32,000 bases of DNA from Gemmata obscuriglobus (GTDB lineage Bacteria; Planctomycetota; Planctomycetia; Gemmatales; Gemmataceae). Both the position numbers and the translations under genes were made by a program. Below are positions 6,246 through 14,598 of the stretch, piece by piece. The notes under the pieces were generated by a model that saw only the letters and a program-made list of their open reading frames with translations, made no database searches and was not told where the DNA came from. The stretch covers positions 360,001 through 392,000 of the forward strand of contig NZ_CP042911.1 in assembly GCF_008065095.1 (NCBI RefSeq), in the 5' to 3' direction. Numbering within the stretch: the stretch's first letter is position 1; each line of letters begins with the position of its first letter.

Positions 6246-9200
6246 TCAGCCTTCGACCACTTCCTCTTCCGTGGCGCCGGCGCCTTCTTCCTTATCGGTC
6301 GCGGCGGCCTCGTCCGGGGTAGCGGTGCCGTCCCGGCCCTCGCCGAGGAACAGCAAGAGCGGGCTGGCCACGAAGATCGAGCTGTAGGTGCTCACCAGCA
6401 CGCCGACCACCATCACGAACGCGAACAGGTGGACGCCCTCGCCGCCGAACGCGTACAGCACGATCGACGCCAGGAACACCGTCATCGAGGTCAGGATGGT
6501 GCGGCTCAGCGTCTGGTTCACGCTGTCGTTGATCATCTGCGGGGTGAGCTGCGGGTTCTTGCCGCGCACCTCGCGGAGCCGCGCGAAGTTCACGATGATC
6601 TCGTTCACCGAGTACCCGACCAGGGTGAGCAGAGCGGCGACCGTCGTCAGGTCGATCTTGAAGTCCTCAATGCCGAGGTGACTGAACCCCGGGATCATGT
6701 GCAGGTAGTGGCACACGGCGATCGCGCCGATGGTGAAGCACAGGTCGTGGACGAGGCAGATCACCGCCGCGAGGCCGAACGTCCAGTTCCCGAACCGGAA
6801 CCACAGGTACAGCAGGATCGCCACCCAGCTCGCGACGATCGCCATCATGGCCTTCTCGCGGGTGTCGGACGCGAGCTGGGTGTCGAACACCTCGAGCCGC
6901 TCCGGCTCGGGGGTGGCGTCGAACGCCCGCTTCGCCCCCGCGACGATCTCCTGGAGGGCCTTCAACTGGTCCGCACGGGCCTTCTGGTCGACGCCCGGCG
7001 CGTTCGCGGCGGACCCGATCAGCGAGAGGGCCTGGTTGCGCGACACGTCCAGCTTCATTTGCGAGAACCGCCCCTCCTTCGCCTCGCCGATGCCGGTGAG
7101 GGAGAAGTCGTCGGGCCCGCCGGCGCCGACCTTGCGGAACTCGCGCTCGAACAGCTCCTGCGTGAAGCTGCGCGACGTCGGCTTGTCGAAGTCGATCGTG
7201 ACGACGGGGCCGGCGATCGCCCCCGGGGTCATCGTCGCCCCGGACATGATCGAGTCGCCCTTCTCGTTCACGAGGAGGCGGTTCAGCGAGGTCTGCACCA
7301 GGTCGCGCTGCTTCTCGGTGGTACGGATGGTGAAGTAGCGGCTCTTGCCCATCTCGAACTGCTGGCCCGAGATGAACATCTGCTCCACCGACACGTCCGG
7401 GAGCTGGGCGGCCCGCTGCCGCACGTCCTCACGCATGTCCGCGTCCGTGCCGCCCTCGGGCTTGGCGGTAAGCGTCACCGTGGCGCGGGTGCCGTCCTCG
7501 TAGGTGACGGTGTAGATCCAGGTGTTCACCCGCTCGTCGCCGCTCGGGCGGTTCTCCCAGATGACCGCGTCGTCACCGGCCTTCAACGCGAGCCGCTTCT
7601 TCTGGGCCTCTTCGCCGAGCAACTCGCGGAACCCGTCCTTGCCGTCGGCGGTCTTCGTGAGGCCGCGCTCCTCGCCGTCCTTGAGCTTGCCGGCGAACAC
7701 GGTGCCGCCGCGGAAGTCGACGTTGAGCCCGGCCTCGCCGCGGACTACGAACACCGCCAGCCCCGCTACCGTCAGCACCGCGGTCAGCGGGAAGAAGATG
7801 TACCGCATCTTCATCGGGTGGAAGTTGGGGCGGGCGAACAGTTGCATCATCTTCAGGTCGGTCAGCCACTTCTTATGCAGCCAGAAGTCGAACATCAGCC
7901 GGGTCATGTACAGCGACGTGAAGAGGCTGATGACGAGGCCGACCGTGAGGCTGATCGCGAACCCCTTCAACTGGTCGTTGCCGAAGGTGTACAGCACGAT
8001 CGCGGTGAAGATGCTCGTCAGGTGGGTGTCGATGATCGTGAGGAACGCCCGCTCGTACCCGTTGCGGAGCGCGGTGGCGATGTTGGCGCCCCGGTTCCGC
8101 TCCTCGCGGAGCCGCTCGTAGATGAGGACGTTGGCGTCCACCGCCATGCCCAGCGTGAGCACCAGCCCGGCGAGCCCGGGGAGCGTGAACGCGGCGTTCA
8201 CCGCGACCATGAACCCGATGGTGAGCAGCAGGTTGGCGAACAGCGCGACGCACGCGACCAGCCCGGCGAACCGGTAGTACACGAGCATGAACGCGAGCAC
8301 CGCGACGAACGCCCCGCCGACCGCGGTAGTCCCGCGGACGATCGTGTCCTGGCCGAGGGTCGGCCCGATGGTGTTCTCGCTCACCGGCTTCTCACGCAGC
8401 TCGGCCGACAGCGCCCCGCTCTTGAGGATCTGGACCAACCGGTCCACGCTCTTGCGGTCGAACTTGCCGGTGATCTGCCCGCGGTTGCCGATCTCGCTCT
8501 GGAGCGTCGGGGCAGACACTACTCGGTCGTCGAGCAGGATCGCGAGGTTGCGGGTGGTGCTGCCGGTGGGCTTGTTGCGGCGGGTGATCTTGGTGAACTG
8601 CTGGCCGCCGGCCGTGTTGAACTGGAACTCGACGCACGGGCTGAGGCTCTTCGGGTCGGTGCCCGCGCTGGCGCTGATCGTGATCTGGCCGTCGTTGCCG
8701 CCCACGCGGAGCGAGTCCTCCGGCGACACGCGGGTGAGCACGAAGTACTCGTACTTCTTCCGGTTCACCAGGGCCTCGATCTCGGCGTCGGTCTTACCCG
8801 GGTTCTCGCCCTTGATCCGCGCGGCGTCCGCTTCTTCCTTGGCGAGTTGCTCGGTGCTGACGACCTTGCGGCTGAACAGGAGCATGCTGCAGTTGACGTA
8901 GTCGGCCGGGGCGTTGTCGCGCACCGCGACCGGCTTGTCGCGCTGGCCGGCGAGGACGCCCCACAGCCCGCCGGCGCCCTCGCTGGCGTTGCTGAGGCCG
9001 AGGCTCTCGCGCTGCTCCGGCCCGATCTCGGACCACACGTAGCGGACGCGGGCCTTGCTCTCGCCGATGTCCACGTTGAACTCGTCGGCGGGCGCCTCGG
9101 GCGGCAGCCCCTTGCGGGCGCGGTCCTCGAGTTCGCCGGCGGACTTGCCCTCGATCAACTGCCGGGCGGCGATCAGGCCGGCCTGGTCGTCGATGCCGTT

Positions 9201-9659
9201 GGCGAGGATGCGGAACTCCAGCACGCCCATCTGGGAGATGAGCCGCTTCACCTCTTCAATGCCCTCGGCCGAGAGGTTCTCGCGGTTGCCGGTGGTGGCG
9301 CCGCCCGTCGGGAGGATGATCTCGACGCGACTGTTGCCGCTCGGGCGGACCGTCACGTTCTTGATGTCGGTCGGGTCGATGCGGCGTTTGATCTGGGCGG
9401 CAAGGGTGTTCATGTCCTCGCTGCTGAGCCCTTCGGCCCGGGCGCCCGGCTGTGGCGCCGCGGCCGGGGCGGCGGCCCCGGCTTCGCCCTGCACCTCTTT
9501 ACGCGCCTTGGTGCGCTCGAGGTTGATCTCGTAGACGAGGATGGTGCCGCCGGCGAGGTCGATGCCGAGCCGGTAATTCTGGGGCCGCACTACGAATATC
9601 GCGGCTACGAGGCACGGTATCAGGCAGACCAGCAGCCCGCGGATGAAGTTCCGTTGCAT
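6246..9659 (-). CDS. secDF: Fused protein translocase subunit SecD/SecF
   Basis: 1137 aa. SecD-like N-terminus (RLGIDLAGGTILVYE) with a large periplasmic domain. Two six-helix membrane blocks carry SecD/SecF motifs (TLPGLAGLVLTLGMAVDANVLIYERLREE; GYSVNEIIVNFARLRE). It sits in the canonical tgt-yajC-secDF order. Confidence 0.95.
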   Translation of the reverse strand: MQRNFIRGLLVCLIPCLVAAIFVVRPQNYRLGIDLAGGTILVYEINLERTKARKEVQGEAGAAAPAAAPQPGARAEGLSSEDMNTLAAQIKRRIDPTDIKNVTVRPSGNSRVEIILPTGGATTGNRENLSAEGIEEVKRLISQMGVLEFRILANGIDDQAGLIAARQLIEGKSAGELEDRARKGLPPEAPADEFNVDIGESKARVRYVWSEIGPEQRESLGLSNASEGAGGLWGVLAGQRDKPVAVRDNAPADYVNCSMLLFSRKVVSTEQLAKEEADAARIKGENPGKTDAEIEALVNRKKYEYFVLTRVSPEDSLRVGGNDGQITISASAGTDPKSLSPCVEFQFNTAGGQQFTKITRRNKPTGSTTRNLAILLDDRVVSAPTLQSEIGNRGQITGKFDRKSVDRLVQILKSGALSAELREKPVSENTIGPTLGQDTIVRGTTAVGGAFVAVLAFMLVYYRFAGLVACVALFANLLLTIGFMVAVNAAFTLPGLAGLVLTLGMAVDANVLIYERLREERNRGANIATALRNGYERAFLTIIDTHLTSIFTAIVLYTFGNDQLKGFAISLTVGLVISLFTSLYMTRLMFDFWLHKKWLTDLKMMQLFARPNFHPMKMRYIFFPLTAVLTVAGLAVFVVRGEAGLNVDFRGGTVFAGKLKDGEERGLTKTADGKDGFRELLGEEAQKKRLALKAGDDAVIWENRPSGDERVNTWIYTVTYEDGTRATVTLTAKPEGGTDADMREDVRQRAAQLPDVSVEQMFISGQQFEMGKSRYFTIRTTEKQRDLVQTSLNRLLVNEKGDSIMSGATMTPGAIAGPVVTIDFDKPTSRSFTQELFEREFRKVGAGGPDDFSLTGIGEAKEGRFSQMKLDVSRNQALSLIGSAANAPGVDQKARADQLKALQEIVAGAKRAFDATPEPERLEVFDTQLASDTREKAMMAIVASWVAILLYLWFRFGNWTFGLAAVICLVHDLCFTIGAIAVCHYLHMIPGFSHLGIEDFKIDLTTVAALLTLVGYSVNEIIVNFARLREVRGKNPQLTPQMINDSVNQTLSRTILTSMTVFLASIVLYAFGGEGVHLFAFVMVVGVLVSTYSSIFVASPLLLFLGEGRDGTATPDEAAATDKEEGAGATEEEVVEG

Positions 9660-9710
9660 GGCGTTCCGTTTCCTATCCCTGCGCCCGCCGCGACGCGGCG
9701 GGCGGGTCCG

Positions 9711-9735
9711 GGTTCGAGTTCCGCACTCCGGGGTT
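9711..9735. repeat. Possible solo arm fragment of the family-1 repeat
   Basis: ggttcgagttccgcactccggggtt resembles the right arm of copy C (gttccgaattccgcactccgcact), at about 18 of 20 positions by hand with one gap. No partner arm is nearby. Confidence 0.35.
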
Positions 9736-9740
9736 CCGGT

Positions 9741-10067
9741 CTACGACTTGGCCGCCTCGTCCGATCCGAGGACCTGGACGACCACGTTCCGCTTGATCCG
9801 CAGCTTGGTGTCTTCGGAGCGGATCACGATCTCGTCCTCGCCGTCCGTCGCGGACACGACGGTGGCGACGATGCCCGCGTTGGTCAGCACCTTGGTCCCC
9901 CGCTTGAGCGTGGCGACCAGTTTGTCCTGTTCCTTCTTCTGCCGCCGCTGGGCGGGGAACACGACCACCATGAGGAACAGTACCACCATGCCGAGGACGA
10001 ACAGCGGCATCAGGCCGGGCGACTGCGGGGCCGCTCCCTCTTGGGCGAACAGAAGCAACGACGTCAT
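9741..10067 (-). CDS. yajC: Preprotein translocase subunit YajC
   Basis: 108 aa. One TM helix (LMPLFVLGMVVLFLMVVVF) followed by PAQRRQKKEQDKL...LKRGTKVLTNAGIVATV, the YajC signature. It lies between tgt and secDF. Confidence 0.9.
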   Translation of the reverse strand: MTSLLLFAQEGAAPQSPGLMPLFVLGMVVLFLMVVVFPAQRRQKKEQDKLVATLKRGTKVLTNAGIVATVVSATDGEDEIVIRSEDTKLRIKRNVVVQVLGSDEAAKS

Positions 10068-10129
10068 GGATGGTGTCTCGGCCGGCGGGTCTGGCGGCGA
10101 CCCTATTCGCTACAATCGGAACGCTCAGT

Positions 10130-11239
10130 CTAGGAAGCGGGAGTCCACCGGGCAAGGCAACCGGCCCGGAACTCGGCGAACCGTCCGGCCCGGATGGCGT
10201 CCCGGGCGCCCGCCATTAAGTTCAAGTAGAAACTAATGTTATGGAGGCTCAGCAGGGTCGGGCCGAGCATCTCCTCGGCGGCGAACAGGTGGTGCAGGTA
10301 ACCCCGCGAGTAGTTCGCACAGCAGTAACAGCCGCAACCGGACATCAGCGGTTTCGGATCTCGCCGGTGCTTCGCGTTCCGCAACCGCACCGGTCCCTCG
10401 TCGGTGAACGCCAGGGCGTTGCGCCCGTTGCGGGTGGGCATCACGCAGTCGAACATGTCGATGCCCGAAGCGACACCCGCGAGCAGGTCTTGTGGCCGCC
10501 CCACCCCCATCAGGTACCGGGGTTTGTGCTCGGGCAGGCACGCCGCGCACGCCGGCAGCGCGGCGTGCATCGCCTCGGGCGCCTCCCCGACGCTGAAGCC
10601 GCCGAGGGCGTAGCCGGGGAAGTCCATCGCCACCAGCTCTTTCGCGCACTCGGCGCGCAGGTCGAGGTTCAGCCCGCCCTGCACGATGGCGAACTGCGCC
10701 TGATCGGGCCGCGAGTGGTGCCGCTTGCACCGCTCCGCCCACTTGATGCTGCGGGTCACCGCGCGGCGGATGACCTCGGGCGCGCCGTCGGCGGGCGGGC
10801 ACTCGTCGAGCACCATCGCGATGTCGGAGCCGAGGTTCTGCTGGATCTCGACCGCCCGCTCCGGTGTGAGTTCAAGCGGAGAGCCGTCGATGTGCGATTT
10901 GAACTTCGCCCCGTGGTCGGTGATCTTCACCTGCCCCGCGAGGCTGAACACCTGGAACCCGCCGGAGTCCGTGAGGATCGGGCGGTTCCAGTTCATGAAC
11001 GTGTGGAGCCCGCCCAGGTCGCGCACGATCTCGTCGCCCGGGCGCAGCGCGAGGTGGTAGGTGTTCCCGAGGAGGATGTGCGCGCCGGCGTCGCGGACCA
11101 TCTCCGGGGTGAGCCCCTTGACGGTGCCCTGCGTGCCAACCGGCATGAACGCGGGCGTGGACACGTCGCCGTGCGGGGTGTGGACCGTCCCGGCGCGGGC
11201 GGCGCCGTCGGTGGCGTGGAGCGTGAAGGAAATTGCCAT
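10130..11239 (-). CDS. tgt: Queuine tRNA-ribosyltransferase
   Basis: 369 aa. The N-terminus [34 protein letters not shown] aligns with E. coli Tgt (TDGRARRG...ETPCFMPVGTYGTVKGM). A Zn-site region [17 protein letters not shown] is present. Confidence 0.96.
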   Translation of the reverse strand: MAISFTLHATDGAARAGTVHTPHGDVSTPAFMPVGTQGTVKGLTPEMVRDAGAHILLGNTYHLALRPGDEIVRDLGGLHTFMNWNRPILTDSGGFQVFSLAGQVKITDHGAKFKSHIDGSPLELTPERAVEIQQNLGSDIAMVLDECPPADGAPEVIRRAVTRSIKWAERCKRHHSRPDQAQFAIVQGGLNLDLRAECAKELVAMDFPGYALGGFSVGEAPEAMHAALPACAACLPEHKPRYLMGVGRPQDLLAGVASGIDMFDCVMPTRNGRNALAFTDEGPVRLRNAKHRRDPKPLMSGCGCYCCANYSRGYLHHLFAAEEMLGPTLLSLHNISFYLNLMAGARDAIRAGRFAEFRAGCLARWTPAS

Positions 11240-11242
11240 AAC

Positions 11243-11355
11243 GAATGCGGAATGCGGAGTTCGGAATGCGGAGTTGAAGGCAGAAAGGCGAACCGACGGA
11301 CAGAGTGCTGTGTTCTGTCTTCAATTCCGCGTTCCGAACTCCGCATTCCGCATTT
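11243..11355. repeat. Family-1 composite palindrome, copy B (archetype)
   Basis: The left arm 11243-11285 is five heptads (GAATGCG GAATGCG GAGTTCG GAATGCG GAGTTGA) plus aggcagaa. The right arm 11313-11355 is its reverse complement at 39/43 positions by hand count. The 27-nt loop contains ggcgaacc. Confidence 0.9.
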
Positions 11356-11362
11356 CAAAAGG

Positions 11363-12739
11363 TCAGTCCCCGCGGAGCTTGAGGTTGAACTGCTGGAGCC
11401 GCTCACGCACCTCGGTCAGCGAGGTCTGACCGAAGTTCTTCGCCTCCAGCAGCTCGTCGGCGGTGCGCTGGACGAGTTCGCCCAGCGTGCCGATGTTGAG
11501 GCGGTTCATGCACTTCCGGGCGCGAACCGAGAGGTTCAGGTCGCTCACCGGCTTGCCGAGCGTGGCCTGCTCCTCCGGGCTGAGGTTCTGCTGCGGCCGG
11601 TACCGGAACTCGTACTGCTGCCCCTGGTCCAGCGACTGCCCGATCCGCAGCCCCTTCGTCACCATGATGGCGCGGATCTCGTCGAGCGAGGTCTCGCCAA
11701 AATTCTTGCTCGCCAGGAGCTGCGGCTCGGTGACGCGGGTGAGGTCGCCGAGCGTCCGGATGTTCATCCGCTTCAAGCAGTTGCGGCTCCGCACCGACAG
11801 CTCGAAGTCGGTGATCGGGATCTCGAGCACGACGCGGTTGGCCTGGGTGAGCTGCTCGTCCTCCGGGCTGTAGTGCATCGTGAGGGACGCTTCGGAGTCC
11901 TTCACGAACAGCTTCGCGCGCTCGTCGCGCGGGTCGGCCTTGGCGAGCCGCCGGTAGCAGTCCGCGGCCTTGTCGTACATGTCGTTGTCTTCGTACAGCA
12001 CGCCGAGGTTGTACAGCACGCCCTTGCCGACCGGCGGGTACTTCAGGCACCGCTCGTAGTAGCCGATGGCCTCGTGGTCGTTGCCCTGCTGGTCGTTCAG
12101 GAACCCGAGCCGGAACAGCGAGGCGGAGTGCCGCGGCTCCAGCTCGACGGCCCGCTCGTAGTACTTCGCGGCCCGGGGGGTGTCGCCCTCGGCCTCGGCC
12201 AACGAGCCTTCCTGGTAGTAGTACTCGGCGTTGTGGGCGGCGGCGTCCTTCAGCTTCGTGAGGATGGCCTTGGATTCGCCCACGTGCCCCTGGAGGCGCA
12301 GCACCCCGGCGCGCTGGAGCTGCACCTGCTGGGCCGCGTAGCCGGACTTCTCGGCCCGCTCGAACGCCTTCACGGCCTCGCCGTAGTGGTCGGTGGTGTC
12401 GGACTGGTCCTCGCTGTACTGGCGGGACTGCCCCAGGGCGACGTGCGCTTGGCCCAGGAAGAACGCCGCCAGCGGGCCTTCGGCCTTGTTGAGGTGGTCG
12501 ATGGCGCTGCGGACGTGGCCGAGGAAGTAGCTGGCCACCCCGATTTTCAGGTGGACCTTCTTCTGCTGGGGCGGCGCCGCGACCGCGAGCCGCTTGTTGA
12601 GTGTGTCGAGGATGTCTTTGAGGTTCCGGACCTGCGGGCCGCCCTGCGCCAGCCCCTCGCGGAGCCGACCGACCATGCCGCCTTCGAAGTCCTCGCGCTC
12701 GACCAAAAGGGCGCGCAGATCAATGAGAGATTCCGTCAC
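11363..12739 (-). CDS. TPR-repeat protein with two C-terminal RNA polymerase alpha-CTD-like (helix-hairpin-helix) domains
   Basis: 458 aa. The TPR-like region covers about aa 60-280 (AEYYYQEGSLAEAEGD.., AIGYYERCLKY.., YDKAADCYRRLAKADP). There are two copies of the alpha-CTD pattern. The first is FELSVRSRNCLKRMNIRTLGDLTRVTEPQLLASKNFGETSLDEIRAIM. The second is LNLSVRARKCMNRLNIGTLGELVQRTADELLEAKNFGQTSLTEVRERL. Compare E. coli RpoA [48 protein letters not shown]. Confidence 0.88.
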   Translation of the reverse strand: MTESLIDLRALLVEREDFEGGMVGRLREGLAQGGPQVRNLKDILDTLNKRLAVAAPPQQKKVHLKIGVASYFLGHVRSAIDHLNKAEGPLAAFFLGQAHVALGQSRQYSEDQSDTTDHYGEAVKAFERAEKSGYAAQQVQLQRAGVLRLQGHVGESKAILTKLKDAAAHNAEYYYQEGSLAEAEGDTPRAAKYYERAVELEPRHSASLFRLGFLNDQQGNDHEAIGYYERCLKYPPVGKGVLYNLGVLYEDNDMYDKAADCYRRLAKADPRDERAKLFVKDSEASLTMHYSPEDEQLTQANRVVLEIPITDFELSVRSRNCLKRMNIRTLGDLTRVTEPQLLASKNFGETSLDEIRAIMVTKGLRIGQSLDQGQQYEFRYRPQQNLSPEEQATLGKPVSDLNLSVRARKCMNRLNIGTLGELVQRTADELLEAKNFGQTSLTEVRERLQQFNLKLRGD

Positions 12740-12769
12740 GTCTGACTCCCACGGGCCGATAGCCGCCCA

Positions 12770-12787
12770 CTCCGCGGTACCGCGGAG
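12770..12787. promoter_or_regulatory. Perfect 18-bp palindrome upstream of the TPR/alpha-CTD gene
   Basis: ctccgcggtaccgcggag equals its own reverse complement. It lies 31-48 nt upstream of the start codon at 12739, in the minus-strand sense. Confidence 0.45.
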
Positions 12788-12965
12788 CGAGAAACTGGTA
12801 CGCTATGACCCGCAAACTCACCCGCCGGGCCTTGCCGCGCGTCGGCAGATCGCGCGAGATCCGGCATAAATAACGTGCATTGCCGAAGAATGGAATAATA
12901 CCGACCGCACCGGGATCCCGGCAAGTCCACCCGGCACCGGGCCGAGTGTCTGACCGTTCCGTGTG

Positions 12966-13051
12966 GCGGTTTCGCCGGAATTCCGGGACCGCCCCTCCGA
13001 CCAGTGCGGCTCGCTCCGAAGAGTCACCGAATTCGGGTCCCTCTTCGGAGC
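12966..13051. repeat. Two adjacent hairpins with GAATTC-centred palindromic cores
   Basis: The first is ggcggt-ttcg-CCGGAATTCCGG-g-accgcc (12966-12993). The second is gctccgaagag-tca-CCGAATTCGG-gtcc-ctcttcggagc (13013-13051, outer 11-bp stem perfect). Both lie in the divergent intergenic region. Confidence 0.6.
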
Positions 13052-13170
13052 GGTTCCATATCTTCGTGCGCCGAGTTACGTTGTCTGATAGCGGCCGGTT
13101 GATAGTTTTCGACCCCAACTGCGGGGCGGAACAGGTGGAAACACACGTGAACCGCCCGGACGGAGGTACG

Positions 13171-13869
13171 ATGTCGCGCCGCACGTTCCTGACGGCCCGG
13201 TGGCAAAACCTGATCCTCGCGAACTTCGCGATCCCGGAAGAGTTGTTGCGCCCGCTGGTGCCGCCGGGGTGCGAACTCGACCGCCGCGACGGCGCGTGTT
13301 GGGGCAGCCTGGTCGGGTTCCAGTTTCTCGGCACCCGCGTGCTGGGCATCGGTTGGCCCGGGTTCCGCAACTTCCCGGAGTGGAACTTGCGGTTCTACGT
13401 CTCGCACCAGGGACAGCGCGGGGTGTGCTTCGTCCGCGAGTTCGTACCGCAGTGGACGGTCGCGACCCTCGCCCGTGCGATCTACAACGAGCCGTACCGG
13501 GCGGCCAGCCTGTCGATGGCCGTTGCGGACTTGTCCGACACGCTCACGGCGCATTACGCGGTGAAATGGCAGGGCCGCGTTCACTCGCTGTGTGCCGTCG
13601 GCGCGAAGCCCGCGGTTCACCCCGCCCCGGACAGTTCCGAGCACTGGTTCAAGGAACACGCATGGGGGTTCGGCACCTCGCGCGGCGGGAAGCTCATTCG
13701 CTACGAGGTGAACCATCCCGAGTGGGGCGTGTACCCGGTGCGTGAGTTCACCTTCGATGTGGACTGGGCCGCCCTGTACGGTCCGGAGTGGGCGCCGATG
13801 AACGGGGTACAACCCGCCAGCGTGGTGCTCGCCGCCGGAAGCGCGGTCGCGGTGTTTCCGAAGGGGTGA
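13171..13869 (+). CDS. DUF2071 (YqjF-like) family protein
   Basis: Start moved to the ATG at 13171, preceded by ggagg at 13162-13166. MSRRTFLTARWQNLILANF... matches the usual DUF2071 N-terminus. The 232-aa length is typical. The 97-codon upstream extension of the ORF covers the hairpin-rich intergenic DNA. Confidence 0.8.
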   Translation: MSRRTFLTARWQNLILANFAIPEELLRPLVPPGCELDRRDGACWGSLVGFQFLGTRVLGIGWPGFRNFPEWNLRFYVSHQGQRGVCFVREFVPQWTVATLARAIYNEPYRAASLSMAVADLSDTLTAHYAVKWQGRVHSLCAVGAKPAVHPAPDSSEHWFKEHAWGFGTSRGGKLIRYEVNHPEWGVYPVREFTFDVDWAALYGPEWAPMNGVQPASVVLAAGSAVAVFPKG

Positions 13870-13912
13870 ACCCGGCGGTTGCGAACGGTGTCGGGGTGCG
13901 GGAGGGCTGCCG

Positions 13913-14461
13913 ATGTCCCGTGTCACCCGTTTCGCCCGGTGCGTGTTCGTGCCGCGGTACCACGTCGAGAACCTGCCCGCGGGCAGCGTGGTGTACGACG
14001 TGAGCAGCTACGCAGAGCCCCCGCACTGTGAACTCAGCCCGATGTGGGTTCACGGCGGCGTTCCGGTTCCCGGCGCGCCCGGCGAAACGAGCGACACGGT
14101 CGAGGGCGTGTGGCAGGGGCTGAAGGTGATCCGCGGGCAGACCGCGCCGCGGTACTTTCGCGGCCCCGGTGCGAAGCGCGGCGGCAAGCCGTCCGGGCAC
14201 CGGTTCGGAACGAGACTGCTCGGCGTGGTCGAGGCCCGGCGCCTGATCTACGTCCCGACCTACGAATGGGTGATCGAGAACCGCACCTCGCCCGAACAGA
14301 TCCGGGCGTTCATCGACGCCGCGTTCGCGGGCGTCACGCAGCACTTCCACGACGTCGGCGATAACGGCGACCCGAACGACGCGACCCAGCCGCTCGCTCA
14401 AGCCGCCGTATTGGTACGGTACCTGAACCGGAAGTGCGCCGAGCGCGCGGCGGCCGGCTGA
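13913..14461 (+). CDS. Hypothetical protein (182 aa), uncharacterised conserved-looking family
   Basis: An ATG follows gggaggg. Composition is balanced and third codon positions are GC-rich. Motifs are LSPMWVHGGVPVPG and SDTVEGVWQGLKV. It starts 43 nt downstream of the DUF2071 gene, so it is a probable operon partner. Confidence 0.65.
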   Translation: MSRVTRFARCVFVPRYHVENLPAGSVVYDVSSYAEPPHCELSPMWVHGGVPVPGAPGETSDTVEGVWQGLKVIRGQTAPRYFRGPGAKRGGKPSGHRFGTRLLGVVEARRLIYVPTYEWVIENRTSPEQIRAFIDAAFAGVTQHFHDVGDNGDPNDATQPLAQAAVLVRYLNRKCAERAAAG

Positions 14462-14598
14462 TACCAACAGGCGCTAATTCCCACCGACTCGTATCGGATG
14501 CCTTGGAGTTGGTGGCGGAATGAACCCTGCTCGGAGTAACATTACGGCCGCCGAGGCGAGGGCAGGGAACACCAATACGCGGCGGCTGAGTCCAGACG

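Noticed and set aside
6169-6387. Short ORFs with FRVPNSAFR-, IPNSAFRI- or LTGSTGFTGS-like peptides. Examples are 6169..6387, 10872..11324, 10993..11406, 14474..14743, 24666..24854 and 16300..16866.
   Set aside because: These are translations of the family-1 and family-2 palindromic repeats on either strand. The periodic peptide reflects the 7-9 nt DNA periodicity, not a protein.
6429-10133. A 1234-aa ORF on the plus strand. Similar very long ORFs are 10241..12745 (+), 16607..18733 (-), 19692..21440 (-), 21563..23614 (-), 25007..27346 (+), 256..2091 (-) and 16405..17970 (+).
   Set aside because: They lie antisense or off-frame to genes with unmistakable family signatures (secDF, tgt, glgC, hisS and others). 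Their translations are monotonous R/G/P/A/H/D strings typical of non-coding frames in high-GC DNA. Several run straight through palindromic repeat elements.
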